From: Octopus bimaculoides
Lineage: Eukaryota
Direction: 5' to 3'
Assembly (NCBI RefSeq): GCF_001194135.2
Contig: NC_068981.1
Location: forward strand, 94,970,118-95,034,117
DNA length: 64,000 nucleotides
Position 1 is the first letter of the stretch. Each line of letters opens with the position of its first letter. This document shows positions 1-12,320 of this stretch, one piece after another. A program made the translations under genes and the position numbers. Under the pieces are notes generated by a model, which did no database searches, was not told where the DNA came from, and saw only the letters and a program-made list of their open reading frames with translations.

Positions 1-210
1 ATTGCTAGTACCGCCTGACTGGCCCTCATGCCAGTGGCACATAAAAGCACCTACTACACTCTGAGTGGCTGGTGTTAGGAAGGGCATCCAGCTGTAGAAA
101 CTCTGCTAGATCAGATTGGAGCCTGGTGCAGCCATCTGGTTCGCCAGTCCTCAGTCAAATCATCCAACCCATGCTAGCATGGAAAGCAGACGTTAAACGA
201 TGATGATGAA
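1..210 (+). mobile_element. SINE, 3' part (ttaggaagggcatccagctgtagaaac core, atgatg tail)
   Basis: The core and tail recur at ~9411-9666, 22860-23095, 24220-24375 and 27856-28126; the copy ends in (atg)n. Boundaries approximate. Confidence 0.8.
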
Positions 211-231
211 AGTGTTCTAATTATTAAGGTA

Positions 232-560
232 CTGGCCCAATAGTTAAAGTGTGGGGCTCACAATCATGAGGTAGTGAGTTTGATTCCCAAACTGGGCTGT
301 GTGTTGTGTTCTTGAGCAAGACACTTTATTTCATGTTGCTCCAGTTCATTCAGCTCTAGAAATGAGTTGCAATGTCACTAGCGCCAAGCTGTATCGGCCT
401 TTGCCTTTCCCTTGGATAACATCAGCAGCATGGAGAAAGGAGACTTGTATGCATGGGCAACTGCTGGTCTTCCATAAACAACCATTTCCCAAACTTGTGC
501 CTTGGAGGTAACTTTCTAGATGCAATCCCATGGTCATTCATGACCGAAGGGGGTCTTTGC
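232..560 (+). mobile_element. tRNA-derived SINE
   Basis: A-box-like tggcccaatag and B-box-like gtttgattcc head; the body is closely similar to 31584-31908. Confidence 0.8.
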
Positions 561-3363
561 TCTTTACTAATTATGAATGAAAAGTTCATGTTTGGACAAT
601 GGCATTGTTGGTATTCTACTGAGTACATTAGCTTCATTAAATGAGACAATTAGTGAAGAAAAGATAGTCACTACTTTTTCACAGTTGAGCAAATGATATT
701 AGAAGGGGTATTCAACAGTAAAACACTTGGTCAAATAAATTCATGCAAACATTTAAATTTGTACAATCACATGCTATATGATCAGCAAAAACAAAAACAT
801 TACAAATAATAATCATAAAAAAACTCATTCTATATATTTAATAACAATATTTCTAGTTGAGTTATTTTTATATACCTATGATAACTGAAACTATAGTTAT
901 AATGTATATCATTCACTTGTAGATGCATTTTACACTATATACTTCACTAACTTCAGTTTCATAATATCCTCAGACCTGGTCAGCTCACACATGTCATTCA
1001 TCCATATATATTGTTCTCATGATTCACCAGATCAGAACATATCAAAGATGTTTGAAAACAAATGGAAAGTAAAATTGTTAATTTTCAGTTGCTACAACTT
1101 CTCATAGTAATCTGCTTACGAATAAAGTGTTTGAGTCTTCCTTAGCATCATAACTTATATCTCATGACCAATGTAAGTAAACTACCCACTTAAGCACTGA
1201 TTAAATATTCTCCAAGAGGAATGAAATTTAGAAGAATCTAAGGGGATGTTGTAACCAGAGAAAAAAAAAATGAATAAGAATAGAATTATCATTTAACATC
1301 ATTTAATGCAAGTTGTGATGTAATAGGTCTCTCAACCATCATGTTCCATCTGTTGCCTTCTTCAATACCCTCTCAATTATTACTCATCTTGGCCTTGTCA
1401 ACTCCTGTCAAAGTGTCCAACACATGCTAGCATGGAAAACTGACATATAATGATGATGAAGAAGAATACTAAGTCTTGCTAACATATATATCACTACCTT
1501 ACTTAGATTCTGTCTTGCTACATGGCATGGAATTTTGTTTATCACTGCTACTGTTGGATTTAAGTACAAGTGGATAAGGTACAGCACATTACTTTTTGGA
1601 AAGAGACCATGAAGTGGAAGTGAAAGCAAAAGTGTGAAAAAGAGTCATAAAGGAACTATGTTCAATGTTTCACAAAGGTTTGAGGCAAGAGAAAAACTCA
1701 GCCATATTGGAGAAACATTAAAGCTTGCAACATTTGCATAGGCTGAAAAAAAAAACAAAACAAACATTATGATAAAGATAAAATTATGTCACGTTCTCAA
1801 GTAGTAATTCTTTTAAAGACTTGGATTTTGATTTTTCATAGATTTAAAGTGATGTTTAAAATTGTAAGGATCTATTATTAGACTGGATGTGTTGCGTCAG
1901 TAAACATGATGATTAATCAAGTAAAAACAAGAAGATTGTATTTTGATTTGCAGGAAATGGAAGGTACAACTTTATATGCCAAATAATTTCTGGCTAATAA
2001 TTTTTGTTGCACTTCAAAACATAGGAGGAACCTTTTCAGTTAAAAAAAAAAAAAAAAAAAAAAAAGTTAATATTTTCAGAGGGAAAAATAAGTGATTTAA
2101 GGGAGATTTGGCTGTTGTTTCTAGCACAACAACCTGCCACATTTATATGCTAAAGAGAAGAAAATTAAAAAAATTATGAATTTTTGGCAACCCCACTCCC
2201 TGCCCCCAATTGTTAAAATATTGGAGAGCCTGAGAAGGTCATTGCTGGCATTTATCCACAGTGATTTAAAGAAAGAGTTAAATAAACGATAATTCATTTT
2301 AATAGCATACTTTTCAGTTAAAAAATGTTTTTTCTTATACACATACATGGCTTCACTTGATTGAGGTGGGGGTAAATATTTAGATTACAATTANNNNNNN
2401 NNNNNNNNNNNNNNNNNNNNNNNNNNNNNNNNNNNNNNNNNNNNNNNNNNNNNNNNNNNNNNNNNNNNNNNNNNNNNNNNNNNNNNNNNNNNNNNNNNNN
2501 NNNNNNNNNNNNNNNNNNNNNNNNNNNNNNNNNNNNNNNNNNNNNNNNNNNNNNNNNNNNNNNNNNNNNNNNNNNNNNNNNNNNNNNNNNNNNNNNNNNN
2601 NNNNNNNNNNNNNNNNNNNNNNNNNNNNNNNNNNNNNNNNNNNNNNNNNNNNNNNNNNNNNNNNNNNNNNNNNNNNNNNNNNNNNNNNNNNNNNNNNNNN
2701 NNNNNNNNNNNNNNNNNNNNNNNNNNNNNNNNNNNNNNNNNNNNNNNNNNNNNNNNNNNNNNNNNNNNNNNNNNNNNNNNNNNNNNNNNNNNNNNNNNNN
2801 NNNNNNNNNNNNNNNNNNNNNNNNNNNNNNNNNNNNNNNNNNNNNNNNNNNNNNNNNNNNNNNNNNNNNNNNNNNNNNNNNNNNNNNNNNNNNNNNNNNN
2901 NNNNNNNNNNNNNNNNNNNNNNNNNNNNNNNNNNNNNNNNNNNNNNNNNNNNNNNNNNNNNNNNNNNNNNNNNNNNNNNNNNNNNNNNNNNNNNNNNNNN
3001 NNNNNNNNNNNNNNNNNNNNNNNNNNNNNNNNNNNNNNNNNNNNNNNNNNNNNNNNNNNNNNNNNNNNNNNNNNNNNNNNNNNNNNNNNNNNNNNNNNNN
3101 NNNNNNNNNNNNNNNNNNNNNNNNNNNNNNNNNNNNNNNNNNNNNNNNNNNNNNNNNNNNNNNNNNNNNNNNNNNNNNNNNNNNNNNNNNNNNNNNNNNN
3201 NNNNNNNNNNNNNNNNNNNNNNNNNNNNNNNNNNNNNNNNNNNNNNNNNNNNNNNNNNNNNNNNNNNNNNNNNNNNNNNNNNNNNNNNNNNNNNNNNNNN
3301 NNNNNNNNNNNNNNNNNNNNNNNNNNNNNNNNNNNNNNNNNNNNNNNNNNNNNNNNNNNNNNN

Positions 3364-3414
3364 CCCACTACTAACTTGGTCGCCCAGATAGCGGAAGCTA
3401 TCGACTACCTCTAG
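3364..3414 (+). mobile_element. Helitron-type 3' terminus (rest in N gap)
   Basis: Hairpin gatagc-ggaa-gctatc (3387-3402), then CTAG (3411-3414) and T: the canonical Helitron 3' end. Confidence 0.5.
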
Positions 3415-4103
3415 TTTTTCAATTAAAAAAATGTTCATTTTATCAAAAATATTCATTTAACAAACTCAGGAAACTGATAATATTCTTGAAATTGTGCCTC
3501 GAATGAAAGTTATTAATAAATTATTATTAATGAAAATAGAGGTGAAAGAGAGTGAGAGACTGTTGCAAATGAAAACAGAAAATGCCGCCTACAACAAATT
3601 AATATTGTTTATTATTAAACATTAAAATCTACTCTGCAGTGAATATTTAAATTTGTAAAACATTGGACGCAGTGAATGCAACAAATATTTAAATTTGCGA
3701 AAAATTGGAGTTAAAAAATTCAATAAACTTTAGAAATCAAAATTATAGGACATTTCTTAGAATATGAATTCATAAAAATATATCCAAACGGTCAAGCCTT
3801 TAATAATTGCTTTCTTTTAGTACTTTTAGTAACTGTTACATATCTAATTAATTACAAAGAATATGGTTAAAATTTTAGAACTTATAGAAGGAGTTCCACT
3901 AGTTCTAAATGTGCTGATATGTTCCATTTGTTGGTGCTCAGGATTTTACAAAATTTTTTGATTTCAATAAATATTTTACAACAGTAGATAACAATATAGT
4001 GTAGATGAAATACTTTTCCCTTTAGAAGAATAACTGAATATTTCTCAGCAGGTACTAAACCAATAAAAATCAGCAATAAGCTATATAAGCATTAAGTACA
4101 TAC

Positions 4104-4227
4104 CCGCTGAAGGCTGTATGTATAATAAATACACATGTACATGCCTTGTAATAAGGCTGCAACTGAGTTGACAAATACAACGGTAAATACTCTTCGGAGA
4201 AGTCCATACTTCAGCCACAAACAGGCA
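4104..4227 (-). CDS. SLC50A1: SWEET sugar transporter, coding exon 3 (124 nt; ACLWLKYGLLRRVFTVVFVNSVAALLQGMYMCIYYTYSLQR)
   Basis: Acceptor ttccttgttgcag, donor CGG|gtatgt; contains the MtN3/SWEET motifs WLKYG and VN; phase 2 start joins exon 2 in frame. Confidence 0.93.
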
Positions 4228-4994
4228 CTGCAACAAGGAAAATGTTAAACATACTTTACTAAGAAAATAGAAAAAATACCATAAAACCATATTATAAGTT
4301 CTTGTGACTGATATATGATACATCATATATATATATAACATAACATTTTTCAATTAGTTAATATGAAATAAGTCATGTAAGTGGCAAACTATTATTAGTA
4401 TGTTAACAAAGAAAACATGAAAGATGAAAATGCACATAAAAATAATCAACGAATTTTTAAGTTTTGGTCTCTTTTTTTCTTTCCTTTTCAATATTTAATT
4501 TGTGGTAAGCACAAAGCAAATTTTTACAATAGGAAAAGTATGGTAAATTTAATTAATTCCAGGTCCCTATAAGTATTTATTTCATTAACCAAGACACCTA
4601 CAAATAACGTTAACTATGGCAGAGTTCAAATTCAGAACAGAGGGCCTTCAAAAGCAATATACTTTGTCATTTTTGTTCAATTGTCTGTGACAATGGATTG
4701 AAATTACATACTGTTTTAAGTATAGTAAGTTTTTTTAGTCCATTGTTGCAGAAAACTCACTTTTCAACATTTTTAATAGGTTAACAGAACAGCTGTGGTT
4801 TTTCAACTATTTTCAAAAATAAGTAAATAAATTCTGTAATATGCCTTACTAGTTCAAATTATATCTTCACACACGAGAGAAAGATTTTATGATAAAAGTA
4901 TTGGTATTTTCTATTTATATTGCAACCTAATGTATTATGCACAAACAACTACTAACCTTTTGTTTTGTAGATTAGTCTATACTCAACAATATCT

Positions 4995-5700
4995 AACTAC
5001 TGGAGTACCATCAATTTGAATCTTCTCTTGACTTATATTAATGATGCAATGGCTTTTGTTCTTCTCAACTCAACAACTCTATGTTAAACCTACCAGAGTT
5101 ACTAGATACATACACTTCACCACCTTTAGATATGCATACTGTGTATTACCTTCTTTGCCTTCTATTCTCATGTTTTCGACAGCCAACTATGGGGATAAAG
5201 TCATAAAACTATTCTTAACAGAATGCTTACTTCCCAGAAAATTTGCCTTAACGTTTCTCTTGCACCTCTCACTCAAAACTATTTTTCATTCATTAACTAT
5301 ATAAAAACCTCTTATTTTACTAATGTAGGTACTTATCAATTGAACATTTTCACTTGAATTCCAACATATTTTCTCTCTCATATGTAGTTCTTCTCACAGT
5401 GCAAAAAATATTAACAGATTTCTTAAAATTTTTATCTACCTATGAAAAATATTCAACAACTAACCAATACATTGAACTGTAGCTTTCCTTCAGGCAAGAT
5501 TTTCTAAATAAATCTTTCAGATATTTCATAATTGAAAACAGAAGCAATAATAACTAACATCTCCCTTAAATTTAGTTTTTAACTGATAAAAACCTTAGAG
5601 AGCAATTGGTCATATCATTAACATACCTTCCAGATGAATTCTTATATACCTTTTGCAACATTTATTTAAATTTCCATTTCCAGATGAAATGCATCTTAAT
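4995..5700 (+). pseudogene. Highly degraded LINE reverse-transcriptase remnant
   Basis: GVP...LL.YIND-like residues at ~5001-5045; many stops and frameshifts. Confidence 0.35.
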
Positions 5701-6579
5701 TATTCTTCTACTGTTTATTTTTTTTTTTTATTGTAAATATTTCCATTTCATAAAATAAAATTACTTTTTTATCTTTTCTTTCTCAGAACTGCAATTTTTT
5801 AAGATTACTAATATTTTCTAAGCATTAACCATAGCACACAAGACCCCCTCCAATTATTGCTATCCATATATAAGAAAGAAAACAATGATGACTTTTCTCA
5901 TTACCCTAATAAATACAAAATGAAGTTATCTAAAAACAGTATCTTGGAACATAAGTATATTATATTTCATGAGTAGACACACCCAGGAGCACTTTTCTAC
6001 TATGAGAATCACTGTAGAGAGAAATCTTACTGAAACAATTCAACACTTAGCTTACCATTATGTGCACCTACAGTCATGAAAAAAACAAAAACAAAAGACT
6101 TAACCATACTCATGTACTAAAGCTGGTAAATTTTACATCCAACAGAATATTATTTTGATCAAGATACACTATGAGAGCTTTGGCATGTTGTAAAATATCA
6201 ACTCTATAAAAAAAGGCTGACAACTGTCGCAGCTGTAATCACGCTCTGATATTCTTTTAACATCTAGAGATTCCACCAAGTCTATCTTTTGTCTTTAAAC
6301 TAATATAGAGTATTGATGATAGTTTATATTATATCACCAGAAGAAAAATGAATTCTTAACTTTGGCTTGTTCACAGCACATAGTTATCAGATAGTACCAA
6401 AAGAAATGGAACTCACTATTGCAAACAGCAAATACATTAAAGTATCTGATGAATATTTGCTTTGTTCAGAGTTGCAATACTTGGTGCAGTTTTTCCAAAG
6501 GCAACATATATTGAAGAAATAATCCAAGAAGCAAATACTACTACTAATAATAACAGCAACTACAAAACTAGTAATAATA

Positions 6580-6778
6580 ATAGTTCCTAATTTTGGCACA
6601 AAGCCAGCAATTCAAAGGGGAGGGGATTAGTGGATTCCAACAACCCAGTACTTGACTATTACTTTATTTATTGGCCCTGGGAGGATAAAAAGTGATATTG
6701 ACTTTAGTATGAGTTGAACTCAGAGATACTGCAAAGCATTTTATCTGATGCTCTAATGAACCTGCTATTCCACACCCC

Positions 6779-6809
<31 letters not shown>

Positions 6810-7290
6810 TAACAATAATAATAATAATAATAATAATACTGATTTCTGATCTAGGTACAAGGCCAGCAATTTTGAGGAGAGGTGAGAGTTAGCTGATTAC
6901 ATGACCTTTATACATGACTAGTACGTTATTTTATCAATCCCTAAAAGGCTGAATCACAAAGTAAATCTCAATGGAATTTGAACTCAAAATGTAAATAACT
7001 AGAAGAAATACCACAAGGCATTTTTGTGACACACTAATGATTCTGCCAACCCACCATCATTATAATTATTTCTAATTTAGGTACAAGGCTAGCAGTTTTT
7101 TAGGAAGAGAGGTTTATTGATATCTTTGACCCCAAAACTTAACTAGAATTTTCTCATATTGGTCCTGAATACATGAACAATAAAGTTAACATTGGCAGGA
7201 TTTGAACACTGAATGCAAAGAGCCAGAACAAACACTGCAGGGCATTTATCTTGGCATTCTAATGATCCTGTCATTTCACTGCCCTAAATA
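6580..7290 (+). mobile_element. Three head-to-tail copies of a SINE-like repeat (ttttggcacaaggccagc...tacttattttatc...tttgaactcag)
   Basis: The unit repeats at ~6590, ~6850 and ~7075, separated by (aac)/(aat) runs; the same family occurs at ~35720-36150 and ~41420-41640. Confidence 0.7.
6781..6838. repeat. (AAC)n(AAT)n microsatellite
   Basis: Read directly from the sequence. Confidence 0.95.
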
Positions 7291-7324
7291 ATATTACTCT
7301 ATAAATGTGAAAAATGGCAAGTGA

Positions 7325-7425
7325 CAAAAATGGAAGAAGAAACAATGGACAGCTTCTGATTCATATGCTTAAGGAGAATACTTGACATCAAGTGGCTGCA
7401 AAGAGTCCGAAAGATCACCCAGTAT
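7325..7425 (+). pseudogene. RTE-type LINE C-terminal remnant
   Basis: Translates to ...ICLRRILDIKW..., the LRRIL.I.W motif found downstream of RTE-clade RT. Confidence 0.45.
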
Positions 7426-7466
7426 CCAACATTTGCTCACCTTCCTTTGAGTCAACACTCACTCCC

Positions 7467-7529
<63 letters not shown>

Positions 7530-7763
7530 CTCGAGTTGTAGCTGTAATTCAAAGGGACCAGCCTTGTCATATTCTTTTTAAATGTTTCAGACAAAACGAA
7601 TGCCGACACCACTCACTGTCTCTTTCACTCTCTCTCTTACTTCCTCTCTGTCCTCCTCTCTCGCTTTGTCACTTCTTTGAAGTGTGATGCACACAACCGG
7701 TACGTACAAAAACAAAAGGTTTGCGTATTAATATTATTGATAATAATAATAATAACAACTACA

Positions 7764-7935
7764 ACAAGAGCACTCAGAGAACGCAAACCTCTGCCAATGC
7801 AACACCAATGTCCTCTCAACGATTAACTGGAGATGATTTTTAAAATGAGAATATTTGAAATAGAATCAACTGCTCTCGCAAACGAGAATACTAAAAATTG
7901 AACCTGACCACTCCCAAATGGAAAAATAATCCAAA
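7764..7935 (+). mobile_element. HINE/DINE-1-like (Helentron-associated) element, 5' part
   Basis: Subterminal acctctgcc (7787-7795) is complementary to the 3' arm of the hairpin at 9311-9321. Confidence 0.55.
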
Positions 7936-7949
7936 TATATATATATAAA

Positions 7950-8430
7950 TATATATTGAGTGAGAGGTGAAGGGAGAAGAGATGAAATACTAATACGGTG
8001 AAGGAGAAGTGGTGAGAGTAATAGCCATGATTGAGAAGGAGTGAGAGAAAGTAATGACAACGAGAAAGATGAAATGAAGTGACAAAGAGATCGTTGTATG
8101 AATGCAAAAGGAAGGGGTGATAGATGAATAACAAAGGAAGGAGTGAAAAAGCCAATAAATAGTGTTTGAAGTGTGAGTATATCATCAGTACATATTGTAA
8201 AGCTGAGTTTGTGAGTGTGTGTGTTGCACCTATAGAAATCCACACCTTACAAGATAGCAATTTGGGAGTCACACCAATGGATTCCTCATGGTCGGAAATG
8301 CCCGGAATCGGCCATTCATTTATTCTTTTTGTGAATTTTTGCATTAAAAATAATTTTAAACCAGAACTTCTAACAATTTTCAAGTCGGAGAAATACACCA
8401 GCATTTGCAAACATGAGTTAAGTCCCCTTC
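7950..8430. mobile_element. Interspersed purine-rich repeat, related to 58340-58700
   Basis: Shared gtgaaggagaagt.gtgaga.taatagccatg...gagtgagagaaagtaat in both copies. Confidence 0.6.
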
Positions 8431-8439
8431 TACCGACGG

Positions 8440-8470
<31 letters not shown>

Positions 8471-8714
8471 NNNNNNNNNNNNNNNNNNNNNNNNNNNNNN
8501 NNNNNNNNNNNNNNNNNNNNNNNNNNNNNNNNNNNNNNNNNNNNNNNNNNNNNNNNNNNNNNNNNNNNNNNNNNNNNNNNNNNNNNNNNNNNNNNNNNNN
8601 NNNNNNNNNNNNNNNNNNNNNNNNNNNNNNNNNNNNNNNNNNNNNNNNNNNNNNNNNNNNNNNNNNNNNNNNNNNNNNNNNNNNNNNNNNNNNNNNNNNN
8701 NNNNNNNNNNNNNN

Positions 8715-8960
8715 ATATAGCTGGTCGTGCATGAAGAGACACACTCCTTCGCAAATGATCAGCTATTATTTTGTAAACAATGTTATGAAACTGTTCATGT
8801 TTTCGAAAGGAGAGATCTGACTCTCACATCTCTGCGGGAGAAGATAGGCCTCTCTATTCCTCTTACAAAACTTGCGTACAGGTGCCAAATTTGCCTCAAT
8901 TGATGGTATTACTCAGGTAATCCTAACTTAATCCTGAGCAAAGCTGGGCTATAGTGCTAG
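8715..8960 (+). mobile_element. Helitron-type 3' end (degenerate hairpin + CTAG|T)
   Basis: cctgagcaaagctgggctatagtgctag|t resembles the intact end at 14582-14610. Confidence 0.45.
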
Positions 8961-9120
8961 TGTGTGTGTAGAAGAGAGGTATGTTTGTGTGTGTATGTGT
9001 GTATGTGCATACAATGGAAATGGGACGGTAATGTTTAACAATGCAAATGTATGAGTATATATGTGTATGTGTGTGCGTGTACAAGAGAACTATATGAAAC
9101 TTTACATATACATGTAAAGT

Positions 9121-9321
9121 AAAAAAAAAAATCAGAAAAATAATCCAGAATCCTTGTCTGATACCAGATCGATCCCAAAATCTAATGAAACCGTGCCAGT
9201 CACAAGGCCAAACATGAAAGTTGCATCCGAATCCATCCAGTGGTTTTTGAGACATCTTGTCCATGGACATACAAACAAACATGACTGCAAACAATACCTC
9301 TGCCTTAGCAAAGGCAGAGGT
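9121..9321 (+). mobile_element. HINE/DINE-1-like element, 3' part
   Basis: Perfect 11-bp hairpin acctctgcctt-agca-aaggcagaggt (9296-9321), preceded by (caaa)n and followed by taat. Confidence 0.6.
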
Positions 9322-9410
9322 AATAATAATAATAGGCTTAGAAAAATGTGCCAAAGCAACCTTGAAAAGAGGAAAAACTAGTTATCACACTAGATAAAGC
9401 AAATGGTGCA

Positions 9411-9666
9411 GATGGCACGTAAAAAGCACCATTTGAGCGTGGCCGTTGCCAGTACTGCCTGACTGGCCCTCATGCCAGTGGCACGTAAAAGCACTCACTA
9501 CACTCTCAGAGTGGTTGGTGTTAGGAAGGGCATCCAACTGTAGAAACTCTGCCAGATCAGATTGGAACCTGGTGCAGCTATCTGGTTCGCCAGTCCTCAG
9601 TCAAATCGTCCAACCCATGCTAGCATGGAAAGCGGACGTTAAACAATTATGATGATGATGATGATG
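9411..9666 (+). mobile_element. SINE (same family as 1-210)
   Basis: Closely similar core and atgatg tail. Confidence 0.85.
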
Positions 9667-9689
9667 AGACCAAAGCCAGATATACAAAT

Positions 9690-10745
9690 ACTTAGGAATC
9701 AATGATACAACACACACAAATGAAAGAGAAGATAAGAAAGGAATACTATAGACAACTTAGATTAATACTGAAAACAGAGCTCAATGTGAAAAACAAGATA
9801 ATAGGTATCAACATTCTAGCCATCCCAGTTATTAAGTTACAACTACCATATTATTAACTGGACCCTAAATAAACTAATCAAACTAGACAGAAAAACAAGA
9901 AAAATGACAATTTAGGATGCACCACTCAAAATCTGACATAAAACGGTTATATATATATATATATACAATGTATTGAAGGCGGTGGAGGCCTTATGCAGCA
10001 AGAAAACTATCATAAAATAACTACCATAGGATAATATAAATACCTAATTCACAAGCAAGGAAAACTGGTACAAGCAAAACAAAAAACTGTTTTCTGTCTT
10101 TAAGGAAGCTGAAAAATACAAGAAAGAAATTATAGTACCTGACAACTATGAAGAAAAAGAAGAAACAACAAAAGCTGAAAAACAATTGAAATTCAAACTG
10201 AAACTGGAGCAACAATGTATCATGATAAAATGATGGCAAGAAAAGCCCCTACATGGAAAATACTGGGTTAAGCTAAACAGAAAAGAAATAGACAAAGTAA
10301 AATCCCAATAATGGTTCAGAAGCTTGGGACTCAAAGCAGAGACTGAAGGATTTTTAATTGCAGCATAAGATCAAAGTCTTCCTACCAGAAATCACCAAAA
10401 ATACATAGTGGAAAAAAAAATACAACTACAGAACTATCAAAATACAAAGATTTAGAAATAGAGGTGACTTGAATGTGGAACCTAAAAACAGAAACATTTC
10501 CTATAATAGTAGGTGCATTAGGTATAATAAAAAAAAACATTTGGACAAATACATAACCAAAACACCAGGACTTACAAATGTATATAACATACAGAAAATA
10601 GCACTACTAGGTACTGCACACATCCTATGTAAAGTACTTTCAAGACAGTGAAAATAAGAGTACCATAGCAAACTACAGCACATACCCAAGACACACAGAG
10701 CTGTGAAAGCACATGATAAAAATAAGACTACTGAATAATAATAAT
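9690..10745 (+). pseudogene. R4/Dong-like non-LTR retrotransposon 3' fragment (RT end + RLE domain, internally deleted)
   Basis: Reads EGGGGLMQ, WQEKPLHGKY, GLKAETEGFLIAA*DQ and QKIALLGTAHILCKVLS; (aat)n tail. Confidence 0.7.
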
Positions 10746-11599
10746 AAGCAAAAGTTATTGACTGGAAAATATTCATCACCTACAGAGAGAGAGAGAGAGA
10801 GTCTTAAACATAATAATGAAAACTATTATTTAAATATTAATAGTTATCACCAACTTAACATGACAGTCCAGAAAAATAGGACAAATGCTGCCACTGATTA
10901 GCTCCAGGAGGCCAAGAGAGATTTAGAAATAATATTTCTATTATTACTTAAATGTTTTTCAATAAAGCAGTTAATAAACTGAAATCAACTAATCCACAAG
11001 AGTGATTTTATGACCAGGCAGTTCAATGTATTTAAATGTACATAATATATATATAGTTAAATATACAGAATAGACAAATTTGAAGTATATAAAATATACA
11101 ATAATTCTTTGTCAAAGCAATTTCATATTGTGTATGCAAAGAATATGTACAATATGTGTATGCCTGTATCAGAGAGTATATATATATATATGTATGAGAC
11201 CCAAGGCGAATCTAAGGAAATTTAATATCATCATAGTCTAAATTCGGTTTATCTAAATCTTCAAAACAAAACTAAATATGAAGAATGTGTGCCTAATATA
11301 TAAAGGCATTTTATCACATTTTGAGTGATGTTGAATTGCATTTGTAAAAATCTCAAAACTACCAATGTAATAATTAAAATTTCTATTTAATAAAATTTAC
11401 TATGCATAATAAACTAAATGTTTCTGCAGTTAAACACTATTTTTTGCTATTTTAAAAATAATCCTTTTTCTAGAAATAACATTACTAGTTTTAATATTTT
11501 GGTTTTAAAGGGTTAATACAACTCCAAATATTTTGCATGCTAATTAAATGTTTTAGTAAAACTGTCAAATCTATAAAATTAGATGCTCTTTGTATTTAC

Positions 11600-11677
11600 C
11601 TGATAAACATGATAAGGAACGGAATGAAAGAAATGTCACCTGGACTTCCTTTACGTGCAATTTTGGCACAGATTTCA
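11600..11677 (-). CDS. SLC50A1: SWEET sugar transporter, coding exon 2 (78 nt; EICAKIARKGSPGDISFIPFLIMFI-S)
   Basis: Acceptor ttttcaatttcag, donor CAG|gtaaat; contains the I..KGS..IS.IPF loop motif; phase 2-2. Confidence 0.95.
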
Positions 11678-12252
11678 CTGAAATTGAAAAATATTATATG
11701 CAACAATATTTTAGAAGAAAATTATATAATAAAATCTTTGGCATTATTTATAAATTATATATAGTGAGGTGATGGTGAGGAATAAGCTTTTGATGAATCA
11801 AACCCACACTCCTTTTCCATTCTTTGCTGGAATTGTTCCACATAATGCACTACTGCCTTTTGGAAAGGTATGAATGCTCCAACATATAATTCCTCCTTGC
11901 TAATAACTTTGAAAGCCTAAAACAAGGTTTTTTAAAAAATATATAGACTATATTAATTCTTAAAGGAACAACAGTGCAGCCATAATTTATCTTGTACAAA
12001 ATATTCTTATGAGAGTATGAAATAAAAATTTGCATATTTAAAAAATAATCATCAACTTAAATTTGAAATATTCTAATCCTTTAATTTGACTTTATCAAGA
12101 ATGATGAGAAATAGAAATGAAAATCTAGGATATAAACATATTCTCAAAGAAATATTGAGAAACATTGTACATGTAATTATAAGTAAGTTATAAATTTCAA
12201 ATATAAAATGGTTTTATGGGAAATCCATTTGATTGATCAAATATATACTCAC

Positions 12253-12320
12253 AATCCTATTAGTGAAACTCCAATAGTACATACAGTGGTTACCCAAGAT
12301 ATAATATCTTCAACAGCCAT
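12253..12320 (-). CDS. SLC50A1: SWEET sugar transporter, first coding exon (CDS part; exon 12253-12346; MAVEDIISWVTTVCTIGVSLIG-F)
   Basis: ATG at 12320, donor TT|gtgagt, acceptor ctattttattttag 26 nt upstream of the ATG; encodes TM1 and joins exon 2 in frame. Confidence 0.9.

Noticed and set aside
232-300. tRNA-like A/B boxes here and at ~31590 and ~55990
   Set aside because: These are SINE heads with no complete cloverleaf, so they are not called as tRNA genes.
1954-1963. Plus-strand 10-nt micro-exon-like tttgcag|GAAATGGAAG|gtacaa
   Set aside because: It is antisense to SWEET, has no partner exons and is expected by chance.
6387-6599. 70-aa minus-strand ORF with an internal gtgagt donor
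   Set aside because: It starts in a SINE/microsatellite, has no convincing acceptor and no SWEET similarity.
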